A stretch of DNA of 64,000 nucleotides from assembly GCF_001194135.2 (NCBI RefSeq), contig NC_068981.1, positions 149,635,161 to 149,699,160 on the forward strand. Direction: 5' to 3'. The stretch is from Octopus bimaculoides. Taxonomy: Eukaryota. Under the pieces are notes generated by a model, which was given only the letters and a program-made list of their open reading frames with translations, had not been told where the DNA came from and made no database searches. Both the position numbers and the translations under genes were made by a program. Numbering within the stretch: the first letter of the stretch is position 1; each line of letters opens with the position of its first letter. This document shows positions 1 to 13,740 of this stretch, piece after piece.

Positions 1-2
1 AT

Positions 3-98
3 TTCAGTAGTTTAGGGTATCCTGGAGTTGGTCCCAACCTTTCTCGGAAAGATAGTTATGCGGAGCACCTCAGAAGCTTGTCTTCATGGCAGGACTAA
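3..98 (+). CDS. possible terminal coding exon fragment of an unidentified gene entering the window
   Basis: Open frame FSSLGYPGVGPNLSRKDSYAEHLRSLSSWQD-TAA(96-98); locally GC-richer than flanks; possible acceptor tttcAG at 6-7. No family recognised. Confidence 0.25.
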   Translation, partial: FSSLGYPGVGPNLSRKDSYAEHLRSLSSWQD

Positions 99-2669
99 GA
101 TACAACATCAATACACATAGGTCGTGAATGAAGCCTGAAGACAACGCAACAAATCAACAATTTCCCTGAATCTATCACGATTGAGTTACATTACTGTTTT
201 CCACACTTTGATCAAAATACTAGTCATATAAAAAACGTGAATTTATGCAAAGTGATCCTTTTTGTTTTTGCGTACCATAAGTAGATTTGCGTTGTTGCTT
301 TCTTAGGATCAGGTTTTAGTTGTTGGAATTGTTATTAAACTTCCCGGGAGAATGTTCCTGTCGCGATGACCGTTGCTATACTATTCTCTGCACAATCCCA
401 AGAAACAAAGTGACGTGATAGGCTCTCCCGTGAGCTGAAAACTTAACAAGCAACATGGATAATTGCGCCTTTAGCTGATATTTCTGATATCTGGTAATCA
501 CCTAACATCGTCTACTTTAGATATAAAATCGTGGGTTACCAAACTTATTTTATAATATGAAATAATCCCTTTAAAGTGTATAGTATCACGAACTTTAGAA
601 CATAAGTCTGTTATGGTAACTGTGATACTACAAAAATGTGCTAGTGATGTAGTTAATATTTTCGGGGCTGATTTTCCTTTCTAGACCACTCGAGTACCCG
701 AAATGCTTGTATGGGTACGGATATAGCAAATGCATTGTAAAGTATTTTCTTGTAAGAGTATTGCTTTCGTTACCAAATCATTTTTGGTCTATTATAGTTA
801 TATTTGTTTATTTCATATTTGTTTACAGAAACTTTGTAATACATATTTTCATCATTACCGAGGTGTTTCTATCGCTAGGAGTGTTATAAAGAAAGTAGAT
901 ATGATGTGAAAAATCCTAATTTCTTCTTTCACTAAACTCATGTCAACAATAAATACTTCGTGTATTGCTCTATATATTGTCCCCAAAGAAATTGTGAGTA
1001 ATATATCTCTTGTGGTTATAGACCCTAGACTCATACCAAGTCTGATAGAATGACATTTAGTAGAATTTTTTAATGGGAGTGTTTCAACAATATTCTTTGT
1101 AATAATATGAACGCATGTATTCAAAAACCTGAGGGATTGTTTATGTTAATTCTAAGGCAGTGTCTTACGGGTGACACTATATAATGTTTGAGTAACAACA
1201 TGAAATAAACAAGACGTGTGTGCACGCGTGCGTGTCACTGTATGCATATCGTAATGTAAAATTTGCAAGTTAACGCTTCATATCACAGAGAATTCTATGT
1301 TTTGGGGGGGAGTGGTTAGATATGTACATTACATTGAAAACTCCAAAAACTGACAGCTCATTATACAATGAAATTCGTTGTAGATTGGGCTGTCCACGAC
1401 ACTGAACACATACACAAATGCACGCTAACATACACGCGCGTGTGCACACACACACAGCACACTCACACACACAAAACACACATACACACACACACCAGCA
1501 CACATACACACACACAAGCACACATACACACACAAACGCAAACGCACGAGTAGAAATGCACAAATATATACATATATAGATACACACACACACATAGTCA
1601 TATATATCCACGCACACATTTAATATTTATTCATAAGTATATTAATATATATATATGTATGTTTATAGAAACACATACACACACGTACACACACACATAT
1701 GTGCATATATTTATGCAGATGCATGTGTGTACATATATAAATATACATACGGAGGAGGAGATTGTAAAAAGATAGGCTTATTTGAGTGCATATGAGAATT
1801 ACGCAATAAATATTTAAAATTATATATATGTTTAGGTTTAATTATAGTTTATATTTATCAATGTATGCACTAACAAGATAGAAATAAACGCCCTATCTTT
1901 TGTTGTTTGATGAATATGACAACGTCAACACATCGTAAACATCTTGATTATAACTTTTAGAAAATATAATATACAGACAAATTAGATCCTGTTATTGATA
2001 AAATACTTTTTAAATTCATATATTCAATTTTGTTTTAATATCAATGAATTTACTTCTTAATCGGAAAACAGACTAGGAATAGAACAAAAGAAAGGATATC
2101 GATTAATTTTTTTTCCCAGCTTCCCAACCCAAATATTTCTAATTTTAGCAACAAGAGCTTGTATATTCAGCGGCAAGTGGCGTTTCATCCTATATCTTTA
2201 AATCTTGCAGAAACTTAGGTTAATATTTGTCTAAGATCTTCCTTCTCAACAAGTGTTGCGATCATTTAGAAAGTGAAAACTGACAAGAAGTTTTCTTATA
2301 GAACACAAAATACCCACGCCGTTTGTTTCATGTTATACATGTTTGTTAAGTGATGATTATTTCATTGACCGGTAGCCAACCACGACATAGTCAATATCGA
2401 TGACTGAATCGAAGAGTAACTCCTGTTTGCTTATCGACAGCAAATAATTTAACGCAAAAATAGTCACACGCAACCACAAAACATACACTTTTTCAGATAT
2501 GTACGCATTTATACACTTATATGAGCTATATGATAAGGTTGTATACATATATTTGTCTATGTGTAAATGTATTCAATTATCTCTAAATCATGGCAACCGA
2601 TGTTTATTCTATTACCAGTGCAGAATGTCTGTGGGAGTGTATATATATATATATATACACACACACATG

Positions 2670-2703
<34 letters not shown>

Positions 2704-3124
2704 CACACACACATATATATAAGCATATATATATATGTATATATGTGTGTATATATATGTAAATGAATATACATACATATATGCGCGTGCGTATGTGTGT
2801 GTGTATGAATACTTTTATAAAGATTTCGAAAAGTTTGAAATGATGGTAACCAGCAATATTTGCTTCGATACTTTTAAAAGCGTTAGACAAATTACTCTGA
2901 TCCATGAACAAATTCGAACGACGTCGCCGTACACTGAGTAAGTTGAGTGTAAATAAGAAGCTCAAGATATTTATCGATAGAAGAAGCTTCTTGATGTAGC
3001 ACGGTAGAAGAGATAATGAATGTCAAGTCATGTTCAGTATCCTTGGCTTTTCATAGCTATTGCAGTATCTTTCAAAGTTTCATTCGTATCTCGAGTCAAA
3101 TGACAGCCAACATGCTTTGCGTTA

Positions 3125-3185
3125 TTAAATAATGGCGTTCATTATGCTTACGCATGCATATTCAAAGAGTTTCGAAGGGAGTGGA

Positions 3186-3233
<48 letters not shown>

Positions 3234-3277
3234 CGAGAGGGAGAGGAAAAGGAAAAGTAAAAGAGTGAGAATGAGAA

Positions 3278-3344
<67 letters not shown>

Positions 3345-3360
3345 GAGAAAGACATAGACG
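3125..3360. repeat. (GA)n microsatellite
   Basis: Long GA runs in sequence. Confidence 0.95.
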
Positions 3361-3826
3361 AACAGAGGCAACGAGAAAGAGATTGATATAATGATAAATA
3401 CTTATTTATGTTTTTGTTTTATGTTGGTTTGCGTTTATGTCGGCTATTCTTTTGATATAAGATATCAGTTTTTGTGATTTGTATCTGATGGTAGTGACAG
3501 AGCGCTAGACTATTGGTTGTTGGGGAAATAATTTATATGCTGTAAACCGCAATGCTGATTATCTCTGGAAAATCATTTATCAATAACTAATTCCACCTGG
3601 ATTTATGACGCATTGTAGTTTATGTATAAGCAGCACTGACGCTTATAAGTGACGGGCGGCTGTTACCTTACGGATGGAATGCAACAACTCTCTATATTAT
3701 ATCACACCATGAACGATGATATGACACTATTTTCAAACTCGCTTCTTTAGCTCTTTATTTTCTTTCTGTCATTGTGGCTAAGGCTATGCTAGACCACCAT
3801 AGGCATATCAATTGAATAATGCGTAC

Positions 3827-3985
3827 GCAGGCATGGCTGTGTGGTAAGAAGCTTGCTTCCCAACCACATGGTACCCGTTCAATCCCACTGTATGGCACCT
3901 TGACCTAGTGTCTTCTACTATAGCCTCGGGCTATACTATTGTGAGTGAATTTGGTAGACGGAAACTGAAAGAAGCGCGTCGTATA
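3827..3985 (+). mobile_element. tRNA-derived SINE (family B head), followed by (TA)n and gap
   Basis: GCAGGCATGGCTGTGTGGTAAGAAGCTTGCTTCCCAACCACATGG...GGTAGACGGAAACTGAAAGAAGC; homologous copies at 25385-25555(-) and 27790-27935(+). Confidence 0.85.
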
Positions 3986-4312
3986 ATATATATATATATA
4001 TATATATATANNNNNNNNNNNNNNNNNNNNNNNNNNNNNNNNNNNNNNNNNNNNNNNNNNNNNNNNNNNNNNNNNNNNNNNNNNNNNNNNNNNNNNNNNN
4101 NNNNNNNNNNNNNNNNNNNNNNNNNNNNNNNNNNNNNNNNNNNNNNNNNNNNNNNNNNNNNNNNNNNNNNNNNNNNNNNNNNNNNNNNNNNNNNNNNNNN
4201 NNNNNNNNNNNNNNNNNNNNNNNNNNNNNNNNNNNNNNNNNNNNNNNNNNNNNNNNNNNNNNNNNNNNNNNNNNNNNNNNNNNNNNNNNNNNNNNNNNNN
4301 NNNNNNNNNNNN

Positions 4313-4347
<35 letters not shown>

Positions 4348-4387
4348 GGATATGTAATCCATAGACTTAAAGAATGAAGTAGATAAA

Positions 4388-4481
4388 ATCTGGGCTACAT
4401 ATGCTTCATAGCGAACGAAATCTCGCAAGCAGTAAAAATCCGCGTGAGGTGTACACCGGAGGCTACTCTTCAGGCCAAGAT
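4388..4481 (-). ncRNA. type I hammerhead ribozyme motif, A15.1>G core variant, long stem II insertion
   Basis: Minus strand: ATCTTGGC-CTGAAGA-GTAGC..49 nt..GCTAT-GAAG-CATATG-TA-GCCCAGAT; stem I 7/8 bp, stem II 5 bp, palindromic stem III, GUA triplet. Confidence 0.6.
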
Positions 4482-5635
4482 TGTCTTGATTATATGAAGT
4501 TTACTTCGTCGTTAGGAGGCCCATGTTAACACATGGAAGATTCGATCAGAATGTATAACCTGGACTTTATCTACTCTATTCATTAACTCTTGGATTTTTA
4601 TTCGTATACCCTGCAACCCTGGCTGTCAACCGTGAAATATAAATTTTTTTTCAACTTATCGTACTTCGATACGGGAAAAATTCACAACCACCCGCACTAA
4701 TAAACCAGTATTGTTCCTGAAAATTGTTTTTAATATTTTCTACGGATTGCTTGAAGCTCACTTTCTTCCTATAGATCCTTAGATCTTACATTTACATATA
4801 TATAAATATGTATGAATGTAAATGTATATGTATATATGTATGCTGTAATTTTAAATCGTATTAGCCATTGCTGGCTTGTAATTTAATGACTGGCAGAATA
4901 TTTGAATACCTTGCGCAGTAAACTCCATCTCTTATATCCTTTGGTTTATGTCATCCAAGAATATCTATTCTAATTGATCAACGAAATAGAATCTGATCTT
5001 ACTGACTTGCACAAAAACATTATAGCTGATTTTGTTTTTGTATAATAAATGTTCCACTTAATTTTCCGCAGAACATATACCGCTAATTACCAACCAAGTG
5101 CGCTGTGAAATAAATTCCACTTTCTTCAATCTCACTACATTTCAATTGCCAACCAATCCATAATGAGGTTGTATATACATCATTTTTTTAGAATGCTGTT
5201 AAACATACCGGCAGAACAATGGCTGAATTTGTCTTCGAAGGTGAACTATGTACTTAAAAGTGGTCTGTGTGTTACTGACGAACTTGTGCGATCGGTGTTC
5301 AGCTAAAAATTATTGTTGGCCAATATTTGTAGAAAGAATGTGATAGTTTATAGAAGGTGGACAGAGCACACTGTCGAGAAACACTGAAACGTTGTGTTCT
5401 AATACAAACATGTCGAGTTAAGGTATGAGCGATTAATAGACAAAATAGGTGAGCAACTTAGTCAGGTGAGGGCTAAAGAGAAGCTGCATTTAAACCTTGT
5501 TTGGTAGGTACTTAGGATGATGTTAATGACAAGGTAATATATAGAAAAAGCTGAAAATTGTGAACTGTAATACCTGAACCCTTAGGAATTGTAAACTTCT
5601 AGACACACACATGTGCGCGCGCATACAAATACTTA

Positions 5636-5893
5636 TTGGGTTAGTGCATAATTGTTGTGGCTTTTTTTCAACAAATTTTATTCAACAAAAGCAATAACAA
5701 CATATAATAAAAACATCTTTAAATGATTATTTCCGGTCATATTCACCATCTACTTTAATTACAGTTTCCTATTTGCTTGGCAGACGGTCAGACCGTCATT
5801 TAAAGATGTTTTTGTAAAATACTGTTATTGCTTTTTTTTTGTTGAATAAAATTTGTTGAAAAAAAAAGCCGCAATAATTATGCACCAACCCAA
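5636..5893. mobile_element. mariner-derived MITE (MADE1/Hsmar1-like TIRs)
   Basis: TA-flanked; TTGGGTTAGTGCATAATTG...AAATGA (5636-5726) inverted with TCATTTAAAG...ATTATGCACCAACCCAA (5796-5893), ~90-bp TIRs. Confidence 0.85.
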
Positions 5894-7399
5894 TATATAC
5901 ACACATATGCATGTGACAACTGGAAAGATAATTCCCTCTCTTGTAATGAGCAACGAAATGATTCAGACAGATTTTAGAAAACTTTTACCTGTATTCATGT
6001 TTGATGATAGAGTTATGTTTAACTTCAGCTCTCTTGTGATAGAACACATTTGAGATAGCAGCGATTGAACAATATCATGAATCCATTTATCTCACTCTGC
6101 CAGATCTTTATGTCACTTCTTTGAATTTACTGGTAAGTGTGATACATTGAGTGCGTAGATTTCAGATCCTACCTCAATACACAATCAACCATCTATCACA
6201 TATATTCAATTATTTTTATATGTATCATTGTCGTTTATCCTTCTGTAATTATAACAAAGTTTCTGCCAGTATAAGGAATTGAATGAAGATTATTCACGTC
6301 GTATACAATTATTGACTTAGTGTTATGGAACTGAGCGTTGTAATAAACTTCAGTTTTAAATTAAGGTTATATTGGAATTTATCATTGAAGATAAAATGAC
6401 ATTTTTCTAATTAGATAATCGGAAAATACGTACACCATGTAAATAATCTTCTAAAAGCATTTTCCTTAGAGAAGAGTAATGAAAAGTATGGTTAAAGTAG
6501 CTAATGTTTAGATTGAAGTATTACATATCAAAGTCTGGAAATAAAGAGAATACTGTTTGAAATAATATTGTTTTCTGCGAAAAACAGTTTGGACAAACCT
6601 TCTGATATATGGTTCTGAGTAGTGAAAAACAAAATGGTCTAAAGCAAACACATTTCAATCAATATGGTTTTAATGTCAGTTCGAGTTAATATTTTGTTAA
6701 TAAAACAGATCTTTCACCAATCTCAGGAATGTATATTCGTAATAATAAAATGTAGATAATTGGAATAAAAATTAAATTTTTATGTTTTAAATATTCTGAA
6801 TAAAATTACATTCAAAAACTGTATTCATACTTATTCACATTGCTGATAGTCAGTTGGCGCCACTGTTCAATGTATCAATGATCTGACAAAATATGAATGA
6901 TAGACGAAAGTCCCAAGATAATAAATTTGTGACTAAACCAGAAGGATTTACATTACTTTAATCTCTGCAACAATGTTGTGTAAATAGAAATTGTAGCTTC
7001 ATGAAAGATTTAATTTCTACAGCACTGATTCAGTAACTGGCTACAAACAATCTTAAAAATTATTGTGACACAAAGTATAATTGTTCAATATAGATAGAGA
7101 ATGAAACTAAAAATATTAGTCGGTATTCAGTTAGGTCTCGAATAATATTTTGAAAAATATTCATTGAAATATATTAGGTTTGTGAATGCAGGAAGAGCAA
7201 TTTCAAAGATATATAACTTTGGTGAAAGGGTATATAAATAACTGTAAGAAAATATACGACATAAAACTAGAAAAAAACATTCACAAAGATTTAGAGACGG
7301 AAATACAATTAGAATACAATTACGAATACAATTAAAATAAATATAATATAAAGATCTCCAGAATGTAAAACATGCTTTATGCAAATGATATCAACAAGA

Positions 7400-8210
7400 A
7401 CATACTAAAATAAATCGGGTTTAAAAAAACACGATCGCTTCTTCTGGAATACAAAGTAATTTGAAACAAATGTCATCAGATATGGTATAAATCCCAACGA
7501 CATAATCCACCCTATAGTGCCCCAGAAAACAAAATGTACAAGTATACGAAGTTTTAAAGTGTTTCGGTAGAAAACATACTAAATACAAACTAAATAAAAA
7601 ATGGTGTCCACCAAATCAGAAAGATCCTTATCTTGTGCAAAAGAAAGCAGGCGGAAGAAAGTCCTAGGAACAAAGTGATATTTGGATGGAGTTGGGAATA
7701 ATTGGATAATAATTCACAGAGCAGAATTATGAAGCATTTAAGGACCTGTGTAAATGAGTGATTAACAAACAGAAAACGTACTGTAAAAGAAAATCAAACA
7801 CATTTCGCAATGACAAAATTATCATAACAGAACATTGGAGGCCCACGACAACTAGCAAGGAATTGGGGAAAAAGATAAAAGCCTCAGTCAGCTAGAAAAA
7901 GTTTAGGATAAACAAAGTGAAGTCAACAATGTCTAGCTCAAACTTCATATCAGTTATCTTGAATCTATGGTAAAACAGTATTCAATAAGCTAGTAAAAAT
8001 ACATGAAAGAATCAAGAACTGAATTAACACAAGAGGAGAAATCAATATTGATTAACAAAAATAAAACACAAGAGTCGCTTCAAATTAAAAACCTACAACT
8101 TATTTGCAAACAACACAGAAAGCCCCTAAAACCTATACTTTACAACAGACTGGCTGCTCACCTAGAAAGCAATAACATTATACAAGAGATACAGAAGTAG
8201 TGCTGGAGAG
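7400..8210 (+). mobile_element. degraded non-LTR retrotransposon remnant (R4/Dong-like RT N-terminus)
   Basis: Peptide KPILYNRLAAHLESNNIIQEIQK resembles the RT region preceding the Q.GF motif; many stops. Confidence 0.4.
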
Positions 8211-9389
8211 AGGTGTAAGGTAGTAAAGAGCAGCAATCGGTGAATTGGGCAATTATCAAAAGCAGCAGTAGGTTTAAAATATCTTAGTACAACGTGGGTT
8301 AATTACTGAAGAGTAAACTGTTGGGGAGGGGGAATACATTCACACCCACGAAATATCATACAAAAGGGCAGAAATTTAGTCTTTTATACTGGACACATTC
8401 TAAACCGTGACCTAATGATTTCATCGGCAATTATAAATTACTTACACTACTTACAACGTTAAAATATACTAATCACCTTACAAGTCATACATTTATGCAC
8501 CGAACACAATGCAGCACTTAATAACATCATACAGCTTTGGGACTTCCTAGATTCTTAAGGAAATATATTGATTTTGCTCTCATCTTCATCTTATACTCTC
8601 AAATACTTATTTCCAAAAGAATATACAACCTGGAAAGGAAAATTATATTGTATCACTTCTCCCTACCAACTTGACATGTTATAAAATGGTTAAGTGATAA
8701 GCGGTTTTTATGTTGGTTATCTCGAAGTTAGCTCTTTTCTACACCTTTACCAGAAGAGTAAGTTAAGCATCTTTAAATTTTTCAGATAGATAGAAAGGAG
8801 GAAGTTGTTATCAGTCTAATATTCTGGTTCGAATGCTTCCAACGTTAGTGAGCTTTGGCAAAGACAGACGAGACAGGTGTTGGAGTTAAATAGGTTGACA
8901 GGTTAATTCTTTTTACATTACTACTGCCCATAAACTGTTTCTAGGCAACGGTTTAGGAGAAAGAAAGGAATGCCATTACTTCTACAAAAACTTTATATGT
9001 ATATGCATATTTAAAATAGCAAGTAAAAGATGGCAATAAAATAAGTGATAAAGGTTTTAAAACAACATAATGAGATGGTTAAGAACTAATGGAAATAAAA
9101 TATGCTAGAGGAGATAACAATAAAAGTGCTAATGAAATGAAATACGAGATTGTAATAAGATGCCTGATGGAAATGATACAATGAAAGGAAACATCAATAT
9201 GGGGCAAGCCACTTGTTTACTCTGAATTTAAAGAGACCATAGTTATTCTGCCGGAAAATTAAACAATGAGAGAGAGGGTTTATTCTGCAGTACATCTCTT
9301 AAACATGTAGTGCAATTTGCTGAATCTGAGAAAAATAATTCTGGCGTAAAATTTCCAAACTCGTGAGACTAGATAACGAAGATTATCTG

Positions 9390-9575
9390 AACACTTTTTA
9401 CGGATATAATGGCAGAAAAAGTATCAGCCTTGTGATATTCCGTCGATGATAGAAATTAGAATCACAAATAGAGCTCATCACGCATTCGCTTCTGCATTTT
9501 ATCAAGAGTAGAAGAACCCAACCAAATATATAAGCAGTATTCCATCTGTGGGAAAATAAACCACTTGTAGCGCTA
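9390..9575 (-). mobile_element. CR1/L2-like LINE RT C-terminal remnant
   Basis: PQMEYCLYIWLGSSTLDKMQKR and RRNITRLILF match P.MEYC..W...LD..Q.R and RR..L.LF motifs. Confidence 0.5.
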
Positions 9576-10289
9576 CAATAAAGCATATATAATTTGGGAT
9601 ATTCTAACTTGTTATTACCCTTCCATCTGCTCCTTTAGCAACAAACGTTGTTTAAGTGTCTCACCTTAAATTTGATGTTAAGAATTTTAGATTCTGTGAC
9701 GTAGAGAAACACTTAAAGCAGTTTTAGTCTATGTAACAAATAGAAAGTAGAAGGTAGGAATTTCACGATGGTGGTGGAAAAATACAAGGTTGGTGATGGA
9801 AGTATTAAATGTAATAATTCATTTGTTACCCCATTGCCTAATCCCACTTAGGTATTGAAAACATCTGCTGCTAGACCTATATGCATGATGTTCTAAGAGA
9901 TTAACCAGTAAAAATGTGATATCAATAACAATAAACAATCTTTGTCCGATAGATTATTGATAAATAGAAGGAAGGGCAAAGTGTATTTCAAAGAATAAGT
10001 TTCAGGGATACGCCTACATCAATCTTATGGATGTTATTGGACAGACTGAAGATTGCATGCTCGTCTTATGGATGCATGTTAGTTTCATAGCCTACGTTTT
10101 CAGTAGGGTTCTTGTTAACAAGACAATCTAGTTTATTTCTAAGTGCTAGAGAGGCTCGACTCTTTGCAGACAATAATTAAATGAATTTTATGATATTCTC
10201 TGGGGTAAGATTTTTAAAACAGTGAGTGAGAGTTATCTGAACCGTAATTTAAAGTCAGAAATAAATGCGGGAATGCCTGACACAACCAA

Positions 10290-11003
10290 TCAATATTTGC
10301 ATTATGCATCTCAAACGCAATGAAATCGAACTTGTTTTGAAATGAATCATCACTGGTGATGAAAACTGAATTGTCTACAATAACATCAATCGAAAACGAT
10401 CATGGTCGAAGCGTAATTAACCAGCACAAACCACACCGAAAGCTGAATTGCATAAAAAAGTTCATGCTTTCAATTTGGTGGGATTACAAAAGTATTGTGT
10501 ATTTTGAACTGCTTCGAAGGTACCAAACGATCAATTCAGATGTTTACTGTCAACAACTAATTAAACAGGAGGAAGCAATCAAAGAAAAACCACCAGAATT
10601 GGCGAATCGTAAAGGAATCGTGTTCCACCATGACAACGCTAGACCATACACATTTTTGCCAACTCGTGAAAAATTATTGGAGCTTGGTGGGAAGTGATGT
10701 CACATCTACCATATAACCCTGGCCTTGTATCATCAGATAACCATTTTTTCGAAGTTCACAAAATTATTTGAATAGTAAAACTTTCAATAATGATGATATC
10801 CTGAATAGCACTTGCCTCAGGTTTTGGGTGATAACGACCAGAAGTTGTATGAGCGTGAAATCATTAAGTTTCCAGAAAGATGGCAAAGGTCGTCGAACAA
10901 AATGGAAAATATATAATTGATTAAAGTTCATTCTTTGCATGAAAATAAAATGACTTTTATTTCAAACTAAAAAGACAGAAATTACTTTCTTGCTATCTCG
11001 ATA
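10290..11003 (+). mobile_element. mariner transposase pseudogene (3' half) with right TIR
   Basis: IWWDYKSIVYFELL, VYCQQL, VFHHDNARP, then frameshifted PY.P.L..SD..F and PERWQ..VEQNGKYIID*; TIR-like AAATTACTTTCTTGCTATCTCGATA at end. Confidence 0.9.
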
Positions 11004-12352
11004 GTATTCTCATTGTCATTTACTTGAATATTTAGATCCACGTACGTCCTGGCAGAAAATGGCAACCCTAAAGATCCAGTACATATTAAAACGAAAAACA
11101 AAAACAATTAGGAACATTTTAAGGCACAACATCTTAAGACACTTGGAATGCAAGTCACTCTCACGCCTAGTTCAGAAGCATCATAAAATACACTGAGATT
11201 TGCTTGCTCATCGACGAATAAAAAACATATGCAATAATAGGAACGGGATTTATGAAAATGTTCAGGGGTAATGTGAAAACTGGGGGGGGGGTAGTTTTTG
11301 CGGCAGATGAGAGAATGTAGTATCTTTACTCCTTTTCATTATAACACCTATAGATGTGTAACTAAGAAATTGTTTAAGTACAATATTTAGTTGAAATCTA
11401 TTGTGGTGAAGAGTCATGAACCGACCATCTATAAACCACATCCACTACGTTTAAATCCAATTATGATTGTACATTCGTGTGGCTGATAATAGTTTACTTC
11501 GAGTATCTGTTTTTTTTTTTATAAGATTATTTGTTTTACTGGATTTGGTGCTTAAGTGCTTAAGTCTCTGATTAAACGTTAGTCAAACCAAGTACCGATA
11601 ACGATATTCTTACAAAACATTGAGAGCAAAACAGTTACGGAAAATTATTTTTCTAAAACATTTTCAGCGAAGCCTCACTTTGTTTCCTTCCTTCTTCGTT
11701 TTTCTCACATGCACACATGTGCTCACACATTTTTTGAATAATGAAACACGCCTGTGCATCAAAAGGTACACACAGGGTCGTATTCAAAACGCAGACACGT
11801 AAGGAGATACAGAGAAACGAACCCTGGAAAACATTGGAACACGCTCATATACACATACTTGCTTTTCTATCACAATCAGCATACTTCCATGCAAAGAAAT
11901 GTATATGCAAACATTCATACTTACAGTAAGATTACATTTTTTTACGTACACATAGACAGACAAGCATATTTACAAAAACTTCTAAATATACAGACGGATG
12001 TAAACACAAACACATTTAGGTTCACATAAATGTTCACACAATGGACGCATGCATACATATACATATGATCATTGCAACAAATAAACTCGTACAATATTCC
12101 TCTCAATGCAGAATGACTGAAATAGAAACCATTTCTATTGTGAGATGATATACATTATATGTAGCTGATCTTATAGCTGATCTTTAATACAGATATACTG
12201 TGATATAACTATTAGGTATACATCTATGACCATATAATTGCGGACAACGACGTATTAATGATAGCTGTTTAGAAAATTCTGAAATTTGGCATGAGTTCTG
12301 TTGAAAGTGTGGGAGAAAATTGCGAGGATTGTGAGGAATATATACAGGTGAG

Positions 12353-12354
<2 letters not shown>

Positions 12355-12445
<91 letters not shown>

Positions 12446-12620
12446 GTATATATATGTATATATATATGTATATATATGTATATATATATGTATATGTATA
12501 TATATATATGTATGTATACATATATATGTATATATATATAAATATATAGACATTGTGTATTTATATACATATATATATGTGCGTGCGTGTGTGTGTGTGA
12601 GTGTGTGTGTGTGTGTGTGT
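12355..12620. repeat. (TA)/(TATG)/(TG)n compound microsatellite
   Basis: Direct reading. Confidence 0.95.
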
Positions 12621-12845
12621 GAGGTGTCTTTGTATCTTTGTGTCTTTGTTTATGCCCCTACATCGTTTGACAACCGGTGTTGGTGTTTTTACGTCAACGT
12701 AACTTGAGGATTTGGTTAAAAGAGACCTATAAAATAAGTACTAGGCTTAAAAATAGCTGTGGATTTTTCGACAAAAACACTTCAAGACGTTGCCCTGGCA
12801 TAGCCGCAGTCGAATGGCTGAAAGAACTGAAGGATAAAGATATTC
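12621..12845 (+). mobile_element. SINE family B 3' module
   Basis: CATCGTTTGACAACCGGTGTTGGTG...AAGTACTAGGCTT...GCATAGCCGCAGTC; homologous to 54430-54650(+) and 25230-25375(-). Confidence 0.75.
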
Positions 12846-12990
12846 ACATACATACATACATACATACATACATACATACATACATACATACATACATAAT
12901 TACACACGCACGCACGCACGCACACACACACACACACATGCACGCACACAAACACACACGCACACAAGAACGCGTACATACATACATATA

Positions 12991-13078
<88 letters not shown>

Positions 13079-13538
13079 CAGAATCTATTAAGAATGTTCT
13101 ACGAAAAAGTTAACCATGTAGCGATGTAGTACTGCTGGATTATCCCTCTGAAGATCTGAAGTATTACTGGTTGTACTCCTAAGTCTTAATATGCATTTTT
13201 ACCACCTTAGTAAACTACAGTAAAGTGTTTTAACCAAGGCTGCGTCTGATGTAATAGGGACCGAATGCAGGACATCATCATTGAAATCCCAGTTAACTAA
13301 CAAATGTGCTATTTCGTGATCAATAAAATATACAAAGCCAGCATTTTTTTGGGCATTGATTCAATGAACTTATGCGAAGTAAAAATATCTTCCCGTAAGA
13401 CAAACAATAATTAAACTAAAATCTGTGCAGTATGAAATATTGATTTCCATCTTTGATAAGAGGCTATGCATTTTGGAGGAGGGATTAGTCACTTAAATCG
13501 ACATTAGCACTTTGCTAGGGAATATTTCATCGATCCTG

Positions 13539-13740
13539 TAAGGCGGCGAACTGGAAGAATCGTCAAACATACGGAAAAAGTTTTGCAGTATTTGCTCGAA
13601 CTCTTTATGCTCTGAACTCAAGTTCCACTGATATAAACTTTGCTTTTCGTTCTTTCCTGATCGATAAAATTATTGGGTTTGATATCATTGACAAACATTT
13701 TACGCTCAAAATTGCTGGCCCTGCGCCTAATCGAAAAACA
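13539..13740 (+). mobile_element. tRNA-derived SINE family A, inserted into an opposite-strand copy (13462-13538 and 13741-13800)
   Basis: Head AAGGCGGCGAACTGGAAGAATCG; flanks are the two halves of a minus-strand family A copy. Confidence 0.7.
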
